Positions 5,929-10,125 of a DNA stretch of 10,125 nucleotides are shown in pieces. The notes under the pieces are model-generated. The model saw only the letters and a program-made list of their open reading frames with translations, did not search any database and had not been told where the DNA came from. Position 1 is the first letter of the stretch. Every line of letters begins with the position of its first letter. The DNA is from Abditibacteriaceae bacterium (GTDB taxonomy: Bacteria; Armatimonadota; Abditibacteriia; Abditibacteriales; Abditibacteriaceae): positions 1-10,125 of the forward strand of contig JANPJS010000022.1 of assembly GCA_031425655.1 (NCBI GenBank), read 5' to 3'. The position numbers were made by a program, and so were the translations under genes.

Positions 5929-8900
5929 CACTACACATTCGTCGTGGTTCAAAAGCGCTTGCGCGAGAATCGTCGCGGCGGCGGCTTCGGGCGCGGAAAT
6001 CGTGGCATCGCGTTTAGCGGTGCCGGTTTTCAGCAACGCCTCGGCGTCTTGCGGTTTGGCCTTGAAAAGCGCCAGTTGCTCGTCGTAAAGCCGTTTACAA
6101 ATGGCAGTTTCGCGGGCGTCGGGTTTGCGGCTCAGGCAGCGTGCGAAAGCCATTTCGATCATTTTCGGCACTTCGCCACCCGCGTCTTTGTGCAACTTTT
6201 CGCCCAACGCGCGGGCGGCTTCGACGTATTGTGTGCCGTTGAGCAAAATCAAGGCTTGCAGCGGCGAATCGGTGCGCTCGCGGCGTGCGATGCACACGGC
6301 GCGGCGCGGCGCATCGAAAGTGAGTAGGGCGGGCGGTGGACTGGTGCGGCGCCAACTGGTGTAAAGGCTGCGCCGATAAGCGCCATCGCCGCCACTGACG
6401 CCCGCCGGTTTAAACGCCTCGCTCATCTCGTAAGGGTTAACCGGCGGGCCGCCGATTTTTTCGGCCAACAAGCCGGACGAAGCCAATGCGTTATCGCGGA
6501 TCATTTCGGCGGGCAAGCGGAAGCGCGGGCCGCGCGCCAGCCATTCGTTGTCGGGGTCGTCGGTCATCGTTGCTGCGTCGGCCACGCTGCGCTGACGATA
6601 GGTCTGGCTCATCACGATGGTTTTCAAAAGCGCCTTCACGTCCCAATCTTTTTGAAAGCGCAACGCCAGCCAGTCGAGCAATTCGGGGTGCGACGGCTTG
6701 CTGCCTTGCGCGCCGAAATCTTCGGAGGTTTTCACTAATCCGCGCCCGAAAAGCGCCTGCCAGAAGCGATTGACTTGCACGCGCGCAAACAGCGGATGAC
6801 TGGACGACGTGAGCCACTGCGCCAATCCCAGACGGTTTTTCGGGGCATTTGCGGGCATCGGCGGCAACGCTTTGGGCGTATTGGCGTGAACTTCGTCGCG
6901 CCGTTCGCGGTAATCGCCGCGCAAGAGCACAAACGCCGGTTTGGGCTGCGGCAATTCGCGCATGACCATGATTTCACTTACGCCGTCGGCGAATTGCACT
7001 GCTTCGCCGCGCGCGGCTTTCAGCGCATCGAGTTGCTGCTTCGCCCCGTCGTCAGTGGTAGCAAAATAGTAATCGCGCAATGAGTTGCGTTCGGCCTCGC
7101 TGAGTTGCGCGTCGGGTTTGGCCAGCCGCGCTTTCGCTCCGGCTTCATCGAAGCAGAATAAGGCTTCGAGCGGCGTTAATTCGCGCGAAAAGACGCGGAA
7201 ATCGTCAATTGCGCCGCCTTTGAAGCCGCGATCTCGAAAGCGTTCGCCCAATGCGATATTATCGCCTCCGCCGCCTGTGATATTCTTGGTGAGATTGTCT
7301 TTGATAACATCAATCGCTGCCGCTTGCCCGTTGACGTAGAGCTTCAAACCAGCGGCGCGGCTACTGCCATCGGAAGTGACGACGACTTGCATCCACTGGT
7401 TAATGGGCAGAGCTTCTTTAGCGCGAATCGAAATGGCGTTGCCGGGCCAAAAATGAATGAGAGACCACTTCAATTTGCCGTCTTCGAGCAGCAATTCGTA
7501 GCCACGACTGGCGGCGTCCGTCCACGCCCGCGAGCGATGAAAAATCACGGCGCGTTCGGCGGCATTCGGCGCTTTGAGCCAGAGTGAAACGCTAAACGGC
7601 TCGTGGCGCTGGAAGTTGCCGATGGGCAAATCCACCGGGTCATCGCCCGTAAATTCGACGGCGTTGCCATTATGTCCCGGCACTAATTTGTTTGCGCCAT
7701 GTAGTTGCGCCGGCTGGTCGGTTTTGATGGCGTTGGCGAGTTTGCCGCCTTCCCGCGCATCGAACGAAAAACGCCCGATTTCGCCGGGCAAGGCGATTTC
7801 CGCCGGACGCGCTTGCAGCCAAGTCTCAAACGCCGCGTTTTTTTGCCCTCGCAAGGCCGTCATTTGCGTTTCGGCGGCGCTGATTTTCGTGCTCAAGGCG
7901 ACCATGCGCGCTTTGGCGGTGTCGTCCATCAACATCAGCGTGGGCGTGGGCGGCGAGGGCGTGAAAAAGGAATAAAGTCCGGCTTCGTCCACATTCTGAA
8001 AGAACGAAAAGAACTGATAAAACTCCTTTTGCGTGATCGGATCAAACTTGTGATCGTGGCAGCGGGCGCATTCGGTCGTGAGGCCGAGAAACGCTGTGGA
8101 AAAGGTTTGCACGCGGTCGGAAACATATTCGACGCGATATTCTTCCTCGACGCTGCCGCCCTCGGCTTCCTGTTGATGCAAACGATTGAAAGTCGTGGCT
8201 AAAATGGACTCGTGGGTCGGATTCGGCACTAAATCGCCGGCTAATTGCCACGTTGCAAAGCGGTCGAAGGGCAGGTTTTCGTTAAACGCTTTAATCACCC
8301 AATCGCGCCACAGCCATACGTCGCGTTCGCGGTCTACTTGAAAGCCGTAGCTATCGGAATAGCGCGAAATATCCAGCCAATCGGTCGCCATGCGCTCGCC
8401 GTAGCGCGGCGAAGTCAGCAACCTGTCCACGACTTTTTCGTAAGCGTTCGGCGCCTTGTCGGCGATGAAAGCGGCAATTTCGTCGGGCGTCGGTGGTAAT
8501 CCGGTTAAATCGAAGCTGAGACGGCGAATCAAAGTTTCGCGCGAGGCTTCGGGTTGCGGCTTCAAGCCGCGTTTTTGTAAAGCCTCGCGCACAAAGCTAT
8601 CAATCGGCGAAGCGCCTTTGGCAACAGGCGCGGCTTGCGGTGCGATAAACGACCAATGCGGCTCGTATTTGGCGCCCGCCGTGATCCAGCGCGAAATCGT
8701 CGCTACTTCGCCCGGCGTCAGCTTTTCGAGCTTCGATTCGGGCGGCGGCATTTGCTCGTCGGCGTCGTGGCTGAGAATGCGCTTAATGGCTTCGCTAAGG
8801 TTGGGCTTTCCCGGCACGAACGCTTTGCGGGCAATGGCGCTTTCGCGGATGTCGAGGCGCAGTTTGGCTTTGCGCTTGGCCGCATCGGGGCCGTGGCAGG

Positions 8901-9030
8901 CAAAGCATTTGTCCGAGAGAATCGGGCGCACGTCGCGGTTATAAGTCGGCAAATCGGCGGCGCGTGCCGATAACGGCATTAGGCCAAGTAGGGTGATGAG
9001 AAATGGAGAGAAACGGCGCATGAGTTTCAT
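5920..9030 (-). CDS. Planctomycete cytochrome c (PSCyt1) + DUF1549 (PSCyt2) + LamG-like + DUF1553 (PSD1) domain protein, 1036 aa, two c-type heme motifs
   Basis: Signal peptide ending [25 protein letters not shown]...LRLD (CxxCH at 8893-8907) and MPP. DUF1549 motifs [37 protein letters not shown] and [20 protein letters not shown] (CxxCH at 8056-8070). LamG-like FSVSLWLK...[10 protein letters not shown]...LKLYVNG...[17 protein letters not shown]1553 motifs [58 protein letters not shown] and [16 protein letters not shown] upstream; 11 nt after the GH43 stop. Confidence 0.94.
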   Translation of the reverse strand: MKLMRRFSPFLITLLGLMPLSARAADLPTYNRDVRPILSDKCFACHGPDAAKRKAKLRLDIRESAIARKAFVPGKPNLSEAIKRILSHDADEQMPPPESKLEKLTPGEVATISRWITAGAKYEPHWSFIAPQAAPVAKGASPIDSFVREALQKRGLKPQPEASRETLIRRLSFDLTGLPPTPDEIAAFIADKAPNAYEKVVDRLLTSPRYGERMATDWLDISRYSDSYGFQVDRERDVWLWRDWVIKAFNENLPFDRFATWQLAGDLVPNPTHESILATTFNRLHQQEAEGGSVEEEYRVEYVSDRVQTFSTAFLGLTTECARCHDHKFDPITQKEFYQFFSFFQNVDEAGLYSFFTPSPPTPTLMLMDDTAKARMVALSTKISAAETQMTALRGQKNAAFETWLQARPAEIALPGEIGRFSFDAREGGKLANAIKTDQPAQLHGANKLVPGHNGNAVEFTGDDPVDLPIGNFQRHEPFSVSLWLKAPNAAERAVIFHRSRAWTDAASRGYELLLEDGKLKWSLIHFWPGNAISIRAKEALPINQWMQVVVTSDGSSRAAGLKLYVNGQAAAIDVIKDNLTKNITGGGGDNIALGERFRDRGFKGGAIDDFRVFSRELTPLEALFCFDEAGAKARLAKPDAQLSEAERNSLRDYYFATTDDGAKQQLDALKAARGEAVQFADGVSEIMVMRELPQPKPAFVLLRGDYRERRDEVHANTPKALPPMPANAPKNRLGLAQWLTSSSHPLFARVQVNRFWQALFGRGLVKTSEDFGAQGSKPSHPELLDWLALRFQKDWDVKALLKTIVMSQTYRQRSVADAATMTDDPDNEWLARGPRFRLPAEMIRDNALASSGLLAEKIGGPPVNPYEMSEAFKPAGVSGGDGAYRRSLYTSWRRTSPPPALLTFDAPRRAVCIARRERTDSPLQALILLNGTQYVEAARALGEKLHKDAGGEVPKMIEMAFARCLSRKPDARETAICKRLYDEQLALFKAKPQDAEALLKTGTAKRDATISAPEAAAATILAQALLNHDECVVKR

Positions 9031-9041
9031 TTTTCGACTTC

Positions 9042-9992
9042 CTATTTTTCAACTTTGAGCAAGCCATCAATGACGTTGCGCGGAACAGCTAACGCCGTTC
9101 CGTGACGCACGCCTTTGGGGAAACTCAATTTAGCGGTGACATCTTCAAACGCTTGGAAATCCTTCGTTTTCAGCGCGCCGTAATGATGGCGCGTGTATTC
9201 GTCGAAGTAAATCAACCAATCGTCGCCGATACGCAGCGCCGTCGGGCCTTCGACCCAATCGCGCGAAAACGGTGCCGTAATCTTGTCATACGGGCCTTCG
9301 AGATTCGCGCTCGAAGCCCAGCGGAGGTTTTTCTTAACCGGATTTTTGGTTTCGTCTTTGACGATGAGGCGAAACGCGTCGCCGTCTTGAATAATCGTGG
9401 CGTCAATGACGTTGAAGCCGCCGTTGTAAAAAAGGCGCGTCGGCGTGAAATTCTTCCAGTCTTTAGTCGTTGTCGCGTAAATGCGGTGATTATATTTGTC
9501 GTCGCCTTGTCCTTCACCGGCGGGAAAACGTCCCGGAATCGTGCTTGACCAAAAGATAAGAAATTGCTGTTTAATTCCGTCGAAAACCACTTCGGGCGCC
9601 CAGCTATTAAGCGTTGTCGGCTCGTGCGCCATCACGGGAATCGCCTGTTGCGCCGACCAGTGAATCAAATCGCGTGACGAAGCGTGACCGATGGTTTTTC
9701 CTGTCCACGAAGTCGTCCAAACCATGTGAAAAGTGCCGTCGGGAGCGCGCAGTAAACACGGGTCGCGCATCAATTTGTTTTCGCCCACTTCGGGTTTGAG
9801 GTAGCTTTTGCCGCCGCCCAACGCTTCCCATTTATAACCGTCGCGGCTCCACGCCAGATGCAAGCCGTCTTCGCCGTTCCCGACGAAATACGAGAACAAA
9901 TAGGCGCTTTCGGGCGGCTGAGGCGCGGCCTGCGCCGGATTCGCCGTCGCACACAGCACTGCGCCGAGTAACATCACTAAAGCTCCCTTCAT
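9042..9992 (-). CDS. Secreted glycoside hydrolase, GH43-type five-bladed beta-propeller (arabinosidase/xylosidase/galactosidase-like), 316 aa
   Basis: Signal peptide ending AQA-AP. AYLFSYF...DGLHLAWSRDG, MRDP (putative general base Asp), SRDLIHWS, WAPEV, VIDATI (putative pKa-modulating Asp), VEGPT (putative general acid Glu) and RHGT. AAGGA RBS just upstream of the ATG. Confidence 0.88.
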   Translation of the reverse strand: MKGALVMLLGAVLCATANPAQAAPQPPESAYLFSYFVGNGEDGLHLAWSRDGYKWEALGGGKSYLKPEVGENKLMRDPCLLRAPDGTFHMVWTTSWTGKTIGHASSRDLIHWSAQQAIPVMAHEPTTLNSWAPEVVFDGIKQQFLIFWSSTIPGRFPAGEGQGDDKYNHRIYATTTKDWKNFTPTRLFYNGGFNVIDATIIQDGDAFRLIVKDETKNPVKKNLRWASSANLEGPYDKITAPFSRDWVEGPTALRIGDDWLIYFDEYTRHHYGALKTKDFQAFEDVTAKLSFPKGVRHGTALAVPRNVIDGLLKVEK

Positions 9993-10012
9993 TTGTTCCT
10001 TTGCTTTTAATA

Positions 10013-10125
10013 AACCACGGATGAATCCTGCCCAGAGGGCGCCCGATAAACACGGATTTTTCTCTAAAATGACTATAAAAATCCGTGTTTATCGGGCGCC
10101 CTCTGGGCAGGATTCATCCGTGGTT
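10013..10125. repeat. Perfect 49-bp inverted repeat with 15-nt spacer (REP/REPIN- or MITE-like palindromic element)
   Basis: Left arm 10013-10061 (AACCACGGATGAATCCTGCCCAGAGGGCGCCCGATAAACACGGATTTTT) is the exact reverse complement of 10077-10125. The spacer is CTCTAAAATGACTAT (10062-10076). The right arm runs to the last base of the window. Confidence 0.92.

Noticed and set aside
5695..6327. 210-aa + strand ORF crossing the insert boundary
   Set aside because: Antisense to the DUF1553 3' end and the small ORF, with no transposase or integrase motifs and shadow-like composition.
10013..10125. CRISPR array or invertible promoter switch
   Set aside because: The repeats are inverted rather than direct and there are only two, with no cas genes. 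A 15-nt spacer is too short to be a plausible recombinase-inverted promoter, despite containing TAAAAT.

Overview
GC-rich (~60%) bacterial DNA carrying one co-oriented minus-strand cluster of predicted exported proteins. In transcription order: a GH43-type five-bladed beta-propeller glycoside hydrolase (9042-9992); a di-heme planctomycete-type cytochrome c / DUF1549 / LamG / DUF1553 protein (5920-9030); a small low-GC membrane-protein ORF (5599-5889); a Tat-exported DUF1501 protein (4091-5551); and a 1294-aa secreted multidomain protein with FlgD-Ig-like, NHL-like propeller, putative sugar-binding and PA14-like regions (174-4058). The most notable structure lies outside the large genes. (1) The small ORF sits on a ~363-bp, ~47% GC segment that splits the normally adjacent DUF1553-DUF1501 pair and is bounded by a near-perfect 14/15-bp direct repeat; removing it leaves a tidy stop-5 nt-ATG junction, so it looks like a precisely inserted single-gene cassette. 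(2) A perfect 49-bp inverted repeat with internal sub-repeats occupies the right end of the window. (3) Two hairpins lie downstream of the cluster at the left end. Family assignments come from motif recognition by eye; no searches were run. The gene content resembles PVC-superphylum or Armatimonadota-like bacteria, but taxonomy cannot be fixed from this window.
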